Positions 24,801 to 38,000 of a DNA stretch of 64,000 nucleotides are shown piece by piece. Source of the DNA: Eledone cirrhosa. Lineage: Eukaryota. A program made the translations under genes and the position numbers. The first letter of the stretch is position 1, and each line of letters begins with the position of its first letter. The DNA is taken from assembly GCA_964016885.1 (NCBI GenBank), contig OZ024744.1, positions 1,116,001 to 1,180,000 of the forward strand, read 5' to 3'. The notes under the pieces are model-generated. The model was not told where the DNA came from and made no database searches. It saw only the letters and a list, made by a program, of their open reading frames with translations.

Positions 24801-27800
24801 TGAACGAAGTTTTGAGGGAAGACAAGGTAGAGAAAGATAGCTTGATGAAGAACGAAGTTTTGAGGGAAGACAAGGTAGAGAAAGATAGCTTGATGAAGTA
24901 CGAAGTTTTGGGGGAAGACAAGGTAGAGAAAGATAGCTTGGTGAAGAACGAAGTTTTGAGGGAAGACAAGGTAGAGAAAGATAGCTTGATGAAGAACGAA
25001 GTTTTGAGGGAAGACACGGTAGAGAAAGATAGCTTGGTGAAGAACGAAGTTTTGAGGGAAGACAAAGTAGAGAAAGATAGCTTGGTGAAGAACAAAGTTT
25101 TGGGGGAAGACAATGTAGAGAAAGATAGCTTGATGAAGAACGAAGTTTTGGGAGAAGACAAGGTAGAGAAAGATAGCTTGGTGAAGAACGAAGTTTTGAG
25201 GGAAGACAAGGTAGAGAAAGATAGCTCGGTGTAGAACGAAGTTTTGGGGGAAGACAAGGTAGAGAAAGATAGCTTGGTGAAGAACGAAGTTCTCAGGGAA
25301 GACAAGGTAGAGAAAGATAGCTTTGTGAAGAACGAAGTTTTGAGGGAAGACAAGGTAGAAAAAGATAGTTGGTGAAGAACGAAGTTTTGAGGGAAGACAA
25401 GGTAGAGAAAGATAGCTTGGTGAAGAACGACGTTTTGAGGGAAGACAAGGTAGAGAAACATAGTTGGTGAAGAACGAACTTTTGAGGGAAGACAAGGTAG
25501 AGAAAGATAGCTTGGTGAAGAACGAAGTTTTGAGGGAAGACAAGGTAGAGAAAGATAGCTTGATGAAGAACGAAGTTTTGAGGGAAGACAAGGTAGAGAA
25601 AGATAGCTTGATGAAGTACGAAGTTTTGGGGGAAGACAAGGTAGAGAAAGATAGCTTGGTGAAGAACGAAGTTTTGAGGGAAGACAAGGTAGAGAAAGAT
25701 AGCTTGATGAAGAACGAAGTTTTGAGGGAAGACACGGTAGAGAAAGATAGCTTGGTGAAGAACGAAATTTTGAGGGAAGACAAAGTAGAGAAAGATAGCT
25801 TGGTGAAGAACGAAGTTTTGGGGGAAGACAATGTAGAGAAAGATAGCTTGATGAAGAACGAAGTTTTGGGAGAAGACAAGGTAGAGAAAGATAGCTTGGT
25901 GAAGAACGAAGTTTTGAGGGAAGACAAGGTAGAGAAAGATAGCTCGGTGAAGAACGAAGTTTTGGGGGAAGACAAGGTAGAGAAAGATAGCTTGGTGAAG
26001 AACGAAGTTTTCAGGGAAGACAAGGTAGAGAAAGATAGCTTGGTGAAGAACGAAGTTTTGAGGGAAGACAAGGTAGAGAAAGATAGTTGGTGAAGAACGA
26101 AGTTTTGAGGGAAGACAAGGTAGAGAAAGATAGCTTGGTGAAGAACGACGTTTTGAGGGAAGACAAGGTAGAGAAAGATAGCTTGGTGAAGAACGACGTT
26201 TTGGGGGAAGAAAATGTAGAGAAAGATAGCTTGGTGAAGAACGACGTTTTGAGGGAAGACAAGGTAGAGAAAGATAGTTGGTGAAGAACGAAGTTTTGAG
26301 GGAAGACAAGGTAGAGAAAGATAGCTTGGTGAAGAACGACGTTTTGAGGGAAGACGAGGTAGAGAAAGATAGCTTGGTGAAGAACGACGTTTTGGGGGAA
26401 GACAATGTAGAGAAAGATAGCTTGATGAAGAACGAAGTTTTGGGGGAAGACAAGGTAGAGAAAGATAGCTTGGTGAAGAACGAAGTTTTGAGGGAAGACA
26501 AGGTAGAGAAAGATAGCTTGGTGAAGAACGAAGTTATGAGGGAAGACAAGGTAGAGAAAGATAGCTTGATGAAGAACGAAGTTTTGGGGGAAGACAAGGT
26601 AGAGAAAGATAGCTTGGTGAAGAACGAAGTTATGAGGGAAGACAAGGTAGAGAAAGATAGCTTGGTGAAGAACGATGTTTTGGGGGAAGACAAGGTAGAG
26701 AAAGATAGCTTGGTGAAGAACGAAGTTTTGGGGGAAGACAAGGTAGAGAAATATAGCTCGGTGAAGAACGAAGTTTTGAGGGAAGACAAGGTAGAGAAAG
26801 ATAGCTTGGTGAAGAACGAAGTTTTGGGGGAAGACAAGGTAGAGAAAGATAGCTTGGTGAAGAACGAAGTTTTGAGGGAAGACAAGGTAGAGAAAGATAG
26901 CTTGGTGAAGAACGACGTTTTGAGGGAAGACAAGGTAGAGAAAGATAGCTTGGTGAAGAACGAAGTTTTGGGGTAAGACAAGATAGAGAAAGATAGCTTG
27001 ATGAAGTACGAAGTTTTGGGGGAAGACAAGGTAGAGAAAGATAGCTTGGTGAAGAACGACGTTTTGTGGGAAGACAAGGTAGAGAAACATAGTTGGTGAA
27101 GAACGAAGTTTTGAGGCAAGACAAGGTAGAGAAAGATAGCTTGATGAAGAACGAAGTATTGAGGGAAGACAAGGTAGAGAAAGATAGCTTGGTGAAGAAC
27201 GAAGTTTTGAGGGAAGATAAGGTAGAGAAAGATAGCTTGATGAAGAACGAAGTTTTGAGGGAAGACAAGGTAGAGAAAGATAGCTTGATGAAGAACGAAG
27301 TTTTGAGGGAAGACAAGGTAGAGAAAGATAGCTTGATGAAGAACGAAGTTTTGAGGGAAGACAAGGTAGAGAAAGATAGCTTGATGAAGAACGAAGTTTT
27401 GAGGGAAGACAAGGTAGAGAAAGATAGCTTGATGAAGAACGAAGTTTTGAGGGAAGACAAGGTAGAGAAAGATAGCTTGGTGAAGAACGAAGTTTTGAGG
27501 GAAGACAAGGTAGAGAAAGATAGCTTGATGAAGAACGAAGTTTTGAGGGAAGACAAGGTAGAGAAAGATAGCTTGATGAAGTACGAAGTTTTGGGGGAAG
27601 ACAAGGTAGAGAAAGATAGCTTGGTGAAGAACGAAGTTTTGAGGGAAGGCAAGGTAGAGAAAGATAGCTTGATGAAGAACGAAGTTTTGAGGGAAGACAA
27701 GGTAGAGAAAGATAGCTTGGTGAAGAACGAAGTTTTGAGGGAAGACAAAGTATAGAAAGATAGCTTGGTGAAGAACGAAGTTTTGGGGGAAGACAATGTA

Positions 27801-30800
27801 GAGAAAGATAGCTTGATGAAGAACGAAGTTTTGGGGGAAGACAAGGTAGAGAAAGATAGCTTGGTGAAGAAAGAAGTTTTGAGGGAAGACAAGGTAGAGA
27901 AAGATAGTTGGTGAAGAACGAAGTTTTGAGGGAAGAAAAGGTAGAGAAAGATAGCTTGGTGAAGAACGACGTTTTGAGGGAAGACAAGGTAGAGAAAGAT
28001 AGCTTGGTGAAGAACAAAGTTTTGGGGGAAGACAAGGTAGAGAAAGATAGCTTGATGAAGTACGAAGTTTTGGGGGAAGACAAGGTAGAGAAAGATAGCT
28101 TGGTGAGGAACGACGTTTTGTGGGAAGACAAGGTAGAGAAACATAGTTGGTGAAGAACGAAGTTTTGAGGGAAGACAAGGTAGAGAAAGATAGCTTGGTG
28201 ATGAACGAAGTTTTGAGGGAAGACAAGGTAGAGAAAGATAGCTTGATGAAGAACGAAGTTTTGAGGGAAGACAAGGTAGAGAAAGATAGCTTGATGAAGT
28301 ACGAAGTTTTGGGGGAAGACAAGGTAGAGAAAGATAGCTTGGTGAAGAACGAAGTTTTGAGGGAAGACAAGGTAGAGAAAGATAGCTTGATGAAGAACGA
28401 AGTTTTGAGGGAAGACACGGTAGAGAAAGATAGCTTGGTGAAGAACGAAGTTTTGAGGGAAGACAAAGTAGAGAAAGATAGCTTGGTGAAGAACAAAGTT
28501 TTGGGGGAAGACAATGTAGAGAAAGATAGCTTGATGAAGAACGAAGTTTTGGGAGAAGACAAGGTAGAGAAAGATAGCTTGGTGAAGAACGAAGTTTTGA
28601 GGGAAGACAAGGTAGAGAAAGATAGCTCGGTGTAGAACGAAGTTTTGGGGGAAGACAAGGTAGAGAAAGATAGCTTGGTGAAGAACGAAGTTTTCAGGGA
28701 AGACAAGGTAGAGAAAGATAGCTTGGTGAAGAACGAAGTTTTGAGGGAAGACAAGGTAGAAAAAGATAGTTGGTGAAGAACGAAGTTTTGAGGGAAGACA
28801 AGGTAGAGAAAGATAGCTTGGTGAAGAACGACGTTTTGAGGGAAGACAAGGTAGAGAAACATAGTTGGTGAAGAACGAACTTTTGAGGGAAGACAAGGTA
28901 GAGAAAGATAGCTTGGTGAAGAACGAAGTTTTGAGGGAAGACAAGGTAGAGAAAGATAGCTTGATGAAGAACGAAGTTTTGAGGGAAGACAAGGTAGAGA
29001 AAGATAGCTTGATGAAGTACGAAGTTTTGGGGGAAGACAAGGTAGAGAAAGATAGCTTGGTGAAGAACGAAGTTTTGAGGGAAGACAAGGTAGAGAAAGA
29101 TAGCTTGATGAAGAACGAAGTTTTGAGGGAAGACACGGTAGAGAAAGATAGCTTGGTGAAGAACGAAATTTTGAGGGAAGACAAAGTAGAGAAAGATAGC
29201 TTGGTGAAGAACGAAGTTTTGGGGGAAGACAATGTAGAGAAAGATAGCTTGATGAAGAACGAAGTTTTGGGAGAAGACAAGGTAGAGAAAGATAGCTTGG
29301 TGAAGAGCGAAGTTTTGAGGGAAGACAAGGTAGAGAAAGATAGCTCGGTGAAGAACGAAGTTTTGGAGGAAGACAAGGTAGAGAAAGATAGCTTGGTGAA
29401 GAACGAAGTTTTCAGGGAAGACAAGGTAGAGAAAGATAGCTTGGTGAAGAACGAAGTTTTGAGGGAAGACAAGGTAGAGAAAGATAGTTGGTGAAGAACG
29501 AAGTTTTGAGGGAAGACAAGGTAGAGAAAGATAGCTTGGTGAAGAACGACGTTTTGAGGGAAGACAAGGTAGAGAAAGATAGCTTGGTGAAGAACGACGT
29601 TTTGGGGGAAGAAAATGTAGAGAAAGATAGCTTGGTGAAGAACGACGTTTTGAGGGAAGACAAGGTAGAGAAAGATAGTTGGTGAAGAACGAAGTTTTGA
29701 GGGAAGACAAGGTAGAGAAAGATAGCTTGGTGAAGAACGACGTTTTGAGGGAAGACGAGGTAGAGAAAGATAGCTTGGTGAAGAACGACGTTTTGGGGGA
29801 AGACAATGTAGAGAAAGATAGCTTGATGAAGAACGAAGTTTTGGGGGAAGACAAGGTAGAGAAAGATAGCTTGGTGAAGAACGAAGTTTTGAGGGAAGAC
29901 AAGGTAGAGAAAGATAGCTTGGTGAAGAACGAAGTTATGAGGGAAGACAAGGTAGAGAAAGATAGCTTGGTGAAGAACGAAGTTTTGGGGGAAGACAAGG
30001 TAGAGAAAGATAGCTTGGTGACGAACGAAGTTTTGAGGGAAGACAAGGTAGAGAAAGATAGCTTGATGAAGAACGAAGTTTTGGGGGAAGACAAGGTAGA
30101 GAAAGATAGCTTGATGAAGAACGAAGTTTTGGGGGAAGACAAGGTAGAGAAAGATAGCTTGGTGAAGAACGAAGTTATGAGGGAAGACAAGGTAGAGAAA
30201 GATAGCTTGGTGAAGAACGATGTTTTGGGGGAAGACAAGGTAGAGAAAGATAGCTTGGTGAAGAACGAAGTTTTGGGGGAAGACAAGGTAGAGAAATATA
30301 GCTCGGTGAAGAACGAAGTTTTGAGGGAAGACAAGGTAGAGAAAGATAGCTTGGTGAAGAACGAAGTTTTGGGGGAAGACAAGGTAGAGAAAGATAGCTT
30401 GGTGAAGAACGAAGTTTTGAGGGAAGACAAGGTAGAGAAAGATAGCTTGGTGAAGAACGAAGTTATGAGGGAAGACAAGGTAGAGAAAGATAGTTGGTGA
30501 AGAACGAAGTTTTGAGGGAAGACAAGGTAGAGAAAGATAGCTTGGTGAAGAACGACGTTTTGAGGGAAGACAAGGTAGAGAAAGATAGCTTGGTGAAGAA
30601 CGAAGTTTTGGGGTAAGACAAGATAGAGAAAGATAGCTTGATGAAGTACGAAGTTTTGGGGGAAGACAAGGTAGAGAAAGATAGCTTGGTGAAGAACGAC
30701 GTTTTGTGGGAAGACAAGGTAGAGAAACATAGTTGGTGAAGAACGAAGTTTTGAGGCAAGACAAGGTAGAGAAAGATAGCTTGATGAAGAACGAAGTATT

Positions 30801-32400
30801 GAGGGAAGACAAGGTAGAGAAAGATAGCTTGGTGAAGAACGAAGTTTTGAGGGAAGATAAGGTAGAGAAAGATAGCTTGATGAAGAACGAAGTTTTGAGG
30901 GAAGACAAGGTAGAGAAAGATAGCTTGATGAAGAACGAAGTTTTGAGGGAAGACAAGGTAGAGAAAGATAGCTTGATGAAGAACGAAGTTTTGAGGGAAG
31001 ACAAGGTAGAGAAAGATAGCTTGATGAAGAACGAAGTTTTGAGGGAAGACAAGGTAGAGAAAGATAGCTTGATGAAGAACGAAGTTTTGAGGGAAGACAA
31101 GGTAGAGAAAGATAGCTTGGTGAAGAACGAAGTTTTGAGGGAAGACAAGGTAGAGAAAGATAGCTTGATGAAGAACGAAGTTTTGAGGGAAGACAAGGTA
31201 GAGAAAGATAGCTTGATGAAGTACGAAGTTTTGGGGGAAGACAAGGTAGAGAAAGATAGCTTGGTGAAGAACGAAGTTTTGAGGGAAGGCAAGGTAGAGA
31301 AAGATAGCTTGATGAAGAACGAAGTTTTGAGGGAAGACAAGGTAGAGAAAGATAGCTTGGTGAAGAACGAAGTTTTGAGGGAAGACAAAGTATAGAAAGA
31401 TAGCTTGGTGAAGAACGAAGTTTTGGGGGAAGACAATGTAGAGAAAGATAGCTTGATGAAGAAGGAAGTTTTGGGGGAAGACAAGGTAGAGAAAGATAGC
31501 TTGGTGAAGAAAGAAGTTTTGAGGGAAGACAAGGTAGAGAAAGATAGTTGGTGAAGAACGAAGTTTTGAGGGAAGAAAAGGTAGAGAAAGATAGCTTGGT
31601 GAAGAACGACGTTTTGAGGGAAGACAAGGTAGAGAAAGATAGCTTGGTGAAGAACAAAGTTTTGGGGGAAGACAAGGTAGAGAAAGATAGCTTGATGAAG
31701 TACGAAGTTTTGGGGGAAGACAAGGTAGAGAAAGATAGCTTGGTGAGGAACGACGTTTTGTGGGAAGACAAGGTAGAGAAACATAGTTGGTGAAGAACGA
31801 AGTTTTGAGGGAAGACAAGGTAGAGAAAGATAGCTTGGTGATGAACGAAGTTTTGAGGGAAGACAAGGTAGAGAAAGATAGCTTGATGAAGAACGAAGTT
31901 TTGAGGGAAGACAAGGTAGAGAAAGATAGCTTGATGAAGTACGAAGTTTTGGGGGAAGACAAGGTAGAGAAAGATAGCTTGGTGAAGAACGAAGTTTTGA
32001 GGGAAGACAAGGTAGAGAAAGATAGCTTGATGAAGAACGAAGTTTTGAGGGAAGACACGGTAGAGAAAGATAGCTTGGTGAAGAACGAAGTTTTGAGGGA
32101 AGACAAAGTAGAGAAAGATAGCTTGGTGAAGAACAAAGTTTTGGGGGAAGACAATGTAGAGAAAGATAGCTTGATGAAGAACGAAGTTTTGAGGGAAGAC
32201 AAGGTAGAGAAAGATAGCTTGGTGAAGAACGAAGTTTTGAGGGAAGACAAGGTAGAGAAAGATAGCTCGGTGAAGAACGAAGTTTTGGGGGAAGACAAGG
32301 TAGAGAAAGATAGCTTGGTGAAGAACGAAGTTTTCAGGGAAGACAAGGTAGAGAAAGATAGCTTGGTGAAGAACGAAGTTTTGAGGGAAGACAAGGTAGA
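21820..32400. repeat. About three tandem copies of a 3.4-3.6-kb higher-order unit (offsets 3641, 3401, 3640)
   Basis: ORF series 21823/25464/28865, 23692/27093/30733, 24507/27908/31548 and 24746/28147/31787. The GGGTAAGACAAGATA monomer is shared at about 23570, 26971 and 30611. Confidence 0.88.
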
Positions 32401-35040
32401 AAAAGATAGTTGGTGAAGAACGAAGTTTTGAGGGAAGACAAGGTAGAGAAAGATAGCTTGGTGAAGAACGACGTTTTGAGGGAAGACAAGGTAGAGAAAG
32501 ATAGCTTGGTGAAGAACGACGTTTTGGGGGAAGAAAATGTAGAGAAAGATAGCTTGGTGAAGAACGACGTTTTGAGGGAAGACAAGGTAGAGATAGATAG
32601 CTTGGTGAAGAACGAACTTTTGAGGGAAGGCAAAGTAGAGAAAGATAGCTTGGTGAAGAACGAAGTTTTGGAGGAAGACAATGTTGAGAAAGATAGCTTG
32701 ATGAAGAACGAAGTTTTGGGGGAAGACAAGGTAGAGAAAGATAGCTTGATGAAGTACGAAGTGTTGGGGGAAGACAAGGTAGAGAAAGATAGCTTGGTGA
32801 AGAACGACGTTTTGTGGGAAGACAAGGTAGAGAAATATAGTTGGTGAAGAACGAAGTTTTGAGGCAAGACAAGGTAGAGAAAGATAGCTTGGTGAAGAAC
32901 GAAGTTTTGAGGGAAGACAAGGTAGAGAAAGATAGCTTGGTGAAGAACGAAGTTTTGGGGGAAGACAATGTAGAGAAAGATAGCTTGGTGAAGAACGAAG
33001 TTTTGAGGGAAGACAAGGTAGAGAAAGATAGCTTGGTGAAGAACGAAGTTTTGGGGTAAGACAAGGTAGAGAAAGATAGCTTGGTGAAGAACGAAGTTTT
33101 GAGGGAAGACAAGGTATAGAAAGAGAGCTTGATGAAGAACGAAGTTTTGAGGGAAGACAAGGTAGAGAAAGATAGCTTGATGAAGAACGAAGTTTTGAGG
33201 GAAGACAAGGTAGAGAAAGATAGCTTGGTGAAGAACGAAGTTTTGAGGGAAGACAAAGTATAGAAAGATAGCTTGGTGAAGAACGAAGTTTTGGGGGAAG
33301 ACAATGTAGAGAAAGATAGCTTGATGAAGAACGAAGTTTTGGGGGAAGACAAGGTAGAGAAAGATAGCTTGGTGAAGAAAGAAGTTTTGAGGGAAGACAA
33401 GGTAGAGAAAGATAGTTGGTGAAGAACGAAGTTTTGAGGGAAGAAAAGGTAGAGAAAGATAGCTTGGTGAAGAACGACGTTTTGAGGGAAGACAAGGTAG
33501 AGAAAGATAGCTTGGTGAAGAACAAAGTTTTGGGGGAAGACAAGGTAGAGAAAGATAGCTTGATGAAGTACGAAGTTTTGGGGGAAGACAAGGTAGAGAA
33601 AGATAGCTTGGTGAGGAACGACGTTTTGTGGGAAGACAAGGTAGAGAAACATAGTTGGTGAAGAACGAAGTTTTGAGGGAAGACAAGGTAGAGAAAGATA
33701 GCTTGGTGATGAACGAAGTTTTGAGGGAAGACAAGGTAGAGAAAGATAGCTTGATGAAGAACGAAGTTTTGAGGGAAGACAAGGTAGAGAAAGATAGCTT
33801 GATGAAGTACGAAGTTTTGGGGGAAGACAAGGTAGAGAAAGATAGCTTGGTGAAGAACGAAGTTTTGAGGGAAGACAAGGTAGAGAAAGATAGCTTGATG
33901 AAGAACGAAGTTTTGAGGGAAGACACGGTAGAGAAAGATAGCTTGGTGAAGAACGAAGTTTTGAGGGAAGACAAAGTAGAGAAAGATAGCTTGGTGAAGA
34001 ACAAAGTTTTGGGGGAAGACAATGTAGAGAAAGATAGCTTGATGAAGAACGAAGTTTTGAGGGAAGACAAGGTAGAGAAAGATAGCTTGGTGAAGAACGA
34101 AGTTTTGAGGGAAGACAAGGTAGAGAAAGATAGCTCGGTGAAGAACGAAGTTTTGGGGGAAGACAAGGTAGAGAAAGATAGCTTGGTGAAGAACGAAGTT
34201 TTCAGGGAAGACAAGGTAGAGAAAGATAGCTTGGTGAAGAACGAAGTTTTGAGGGAAGACAAGGTAGAAAAAGATAGTTGGTGAAGAACGAAGTTTTGAG
34301 GGAAGACAAGGTAGAGAAAGATAGCTTGGTGAAGAACGACGTTTTGAGGGAAGACAAGGTAGAGAAAGATAGCTTGGTGAAGAACGACGTTTTGGGGGAA
34401 GAAAATGTAGAGAAAGATAGCTTGGTGAAGAACGACGTTTTGAGGGAAGACAAGGTAGAGATAGATAGCTTGGTGAAGAACGAACTTTTGAGGGAAGGCA
34501 AAGTAGAGAAAGATAGCTTGGTGAAGAACGAAGTTTTGGAGGAAGACAATGTTGAGAAAGATAGCTTGATGAAGAACGAAGTTTTGGGGGAAGACAAGGT
34601 AGAGAAAGATAGCTTGATGAAGTACGAAGTGTTGGGGGAAGACAAGGTAGAGAAAGATAGCTTGGTGAAGAACGACGTTTTGTGGGAAGACAAGGTAGAG
34701 AAATATAGTTGGTGAAGAACGAAGTTTTGAGGCAAGACAAGGTAGAGAAAGATAGCTTGGTGAAGAACGAAGTTTTGAGGGAAGACAAGGTAGAGAAAGA
34801 TAGCTTGGTGAAGAACGAAGTTTTGGGGGAAGACAATGTAGAGAAAGATAGCTTGGTGAAGAACGAAGTTTTGAGGGAAGACAAGGTAGAGAAAGATAGC
34901 TTGGTGAAGAACGAAGTTTTGGGGTAAGACAAGGTAGAGAAAGATAGCTTGGTGAAGAACGAAGTTTTGAGGGAAGACAAGGTATAGAAAGAGAGCTTGA
35001 TGAAGAACGAAGTTTTGAGGGAAGACAAGGTAGAGAAAGA
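31330..35040. repeat. Tandem duplication, period 1868 bp (39 monomers)
   Basis: ORF pairs 31548/33416, 31787/33655, 32410/34278 and 32841/34709. Confidence 0.85.
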
Positions 35041-38000
35041 TAGCTTGATGAAGTACGAAATATTGGGGGAAGACAAGGTAGAGAAAGATAGCTTGGTGAA
35101 GAACGAAATTTTGAGGGAAGACAAGGTAGAGAAAGATAGCTTGATGAAGAACGAAGTTTTGAGGTAAGACAAGGTAGAGAAAGATAGCTTGGTGAAGAAC
35201 GAAGTTTTGAGGGAAGACAAAGTAGAGAAAGATAGCTTGGTGAAGAACGAAGTTTTGGGGGAAGACAATGTTGAGAAAGATAGCTTGATGAAGAACGAAG
35301 TTTTGGGGGAAGACAAGGTAGAGAAAGATAGCTTGGTGAAGAACGAAGTTTTGAGGGAAGACAAGGTAGAGAAAGATAGCTTGGTGAAGAACGAAGTTTT
35401 GGGGGAAGACAAGGTAGAGAAAGATAGCTTGGTGAAGAACGAAGTTTTGAGGGAAGACAAGGTAGAGAAAGGTAGCTTGGTGAAGAACGAAGTTTTGAGG
35501 GAAGACAAGGTAGAGAAAGATAGCTTGATGAAGTACGAAGTTTTGGGGGAAGACAAGGTAGAGAAAGATAGCTTGGTGAAGAACGAAGTTTTGAGGGAAG
35601 ACAAGGTAGAGAAAGATAGCTTGATGAAGAACGAAGTTTTGAGGGAAGACAAGGTAGAGAAAGATAGCTTGGTGAAGAACGAAGTTTTGAGGGAAGACAA
35701 AGTAGAGAAAGATAGCTTGGTGAAGAACGAAGTCTTGGGGGAAGACAATGTAGAGAAAGATAGCTTGATGAAGAACGAAGTTTTGGGAGAAGACAAGGTA
35801 GAGAAAGATAGCTTGGTGAAGAACGAAGTTTTGAGGGAAGACAAGGTAGAGAAAGATAGCTCGGTGAAGAACGAAGTTTTGGGGGAAGACAAGGTAGAGA
35901 AAGATAGCTTGGTGAAGAACGAAGTTTTCAGGGAAGACAAGGTAGAGAAAGATAGCTTGGTGAAGAACGAAGTTTTGAGGGAAGACAAGGTAGAGAAAGA
36001 TAGTTGGTGAAGAACGAAGTTTTGAGGGAAGACAAGGTAGAGAAAGATAGCTTGATGAAGTACGAAGTTTTGGGGGAAGACAAGGTAGAGAAAGATAGCT
36101 TGGTGAAGAACGAAGTTTTGAGGGAAGACAAGGTAGAGAAAGATAGCTTGATGAAGAACGAAGTTTTGAGGGAAGACACGGTAGAGAAAGATAGCTTGGT
36201 GAAGAACGAAGTTTTGAGGAAAGACAAAGTAGAGAAAGATAGCTTGGTGAAGAACAAAGTTTTGGGGGAAGACAATGTAGAGAAAGATAGCTTGATGAAG
36301 AACGAAGTTTTGAGGGAAGACAAGGTAGAGAAAGATAGCTTGGTGAAGAACGAAGTTTTGAGGGAAGACAAGGTAGAGAAAGATAGCTCGGTGAAGAACG
36401 AAGTTTTGGGGGAAGACAAGGTAGAGAAAGATAGCTTGGTGAAGAACGAAGTTTTCAGGGAAGACAAGGTAGAGAAAGATAGCTTGGTGAAGAACGAAGT
36501 TTTGAGGGAAGACAAGGTAGAAAAAGATAGTTGGTGAAGAACGAAGTTTTGAGGGAAGACAAGGTAGAGAAAGATAGCTTGGTGAAGAACGACGTTTTGA
36601 GGGAAGACAAGGTAGAGAAAGATAGCTTGGTGAAGAACGACGTTTTGGGGGAAGAAAATGTAGAGAAAGATAGCTTGGTGAAGAACGACGTTTTGAGGGA
36701 AGACAAGGTAGAGATAGATAGCTTGGTGAAGAACGAACTTTTGAGGGAAGGCAAAGTAGAGAAAGATAGCTTGGTGAAGAACGAAGTTTTGGAGGAAGAC
36801 AATGTTGAGAAAGATAGCTTGATGAAGAACGAAGTTTTGGGGGAAGACAAGGTAGAGAAAGATAGCTTGATGAAGTACGAAGTGTTGGGGGAAGACAAGG
36901 TAGAGAAAGATAGCTTGGTGAAGAACGACGTTTTGTGGGAAGACAAGGTAGAGAAATATAGTTGGTGAAGAACGAAGTTTTGAGGCAAGACAAGGTAGAG
37001 AAAGATAGCTTGGTGAAGAACGAAGTTTTGAGGGAAGACAAGGTAGAGAAAGATAGCTTGGTGAAGAACGAAGTTTTGGGGGAAGACAATGTAGAGAAAG
37101 ATAGCTTGGTGAAGAACGAAGTTTTGAGGGAAGACAAGGTAGAGAAAGATAGCTTGGTGAAGAACGAAGTTTTGGGGTAAGACAAGGTAGAGAAAGATAG
37201 CTTGGTGAAGAACGAAGTTTTGAGGGAAGACAAGGTATAGAAAGAGAGCTTGATGAAGAACGAAGTTTTGAGGGAAGACAAGGTAGAGAAAGATAGCTTG
37301 ATGAAGTACGAAATATTGGGGGAAGACAAGGTAGAGAAAGATAGCTTGGTGAAGAACGAAATTTTGAGGGAAGACAAGGTAGAGAAAGATAGCTTGATGA
37401 AGAACGAAGTTTTGAGGTAAGACAAGGTAGAGAAAGATAGCTTGGTGAAGAACGAAGTTTTGAGGGAAGACAAAGTAGAGAAAGATAGCTTGGTGAAGAA
37501 CGAAGTTTTGGGGGAAGACAATGTTGAGAAAGATAGCTTGATGAAGAACGAAGTTTTGGGGGAAGACAAGGTAGAGAAAGATAGCTTGGTGAAGAACGAA
37601 GTTTTGAGGGAAGACAAGGTAGAGAAAGATAGCTTGGTGAAGAACGAAGTTTTGGGGGAAGACAAGGTAGAGAAAGATAGCTTGGTGAAGAACGAAGTTT
37701 TGAGGGAAGACAAGGTAGAGAAAGGTAGCTTGGTGAAGAACGAAGTTTTGAGGGAAGACAAGGTAGAGAAAGATAGCTTGATGAAGTACGAAGTTTTGGG
37801 GGAAGACAAGGTAGAGAAAGATAGCTTGGTGAAGAACGAAGTTTTGAGGGAAGACAAGGTAGAGAAAGATAGCTTGATGAAGAACGAAGTTTTGAGGGAA
37901 GACAAGGTAGAGAAAGATAGCTTGGTGAAGAACGAAGTTTTGAGGGAAGACAAAGTAGAGAAAGATAGCTTGGTGAAGAACGAAGTCTTGGGGGAAGACA

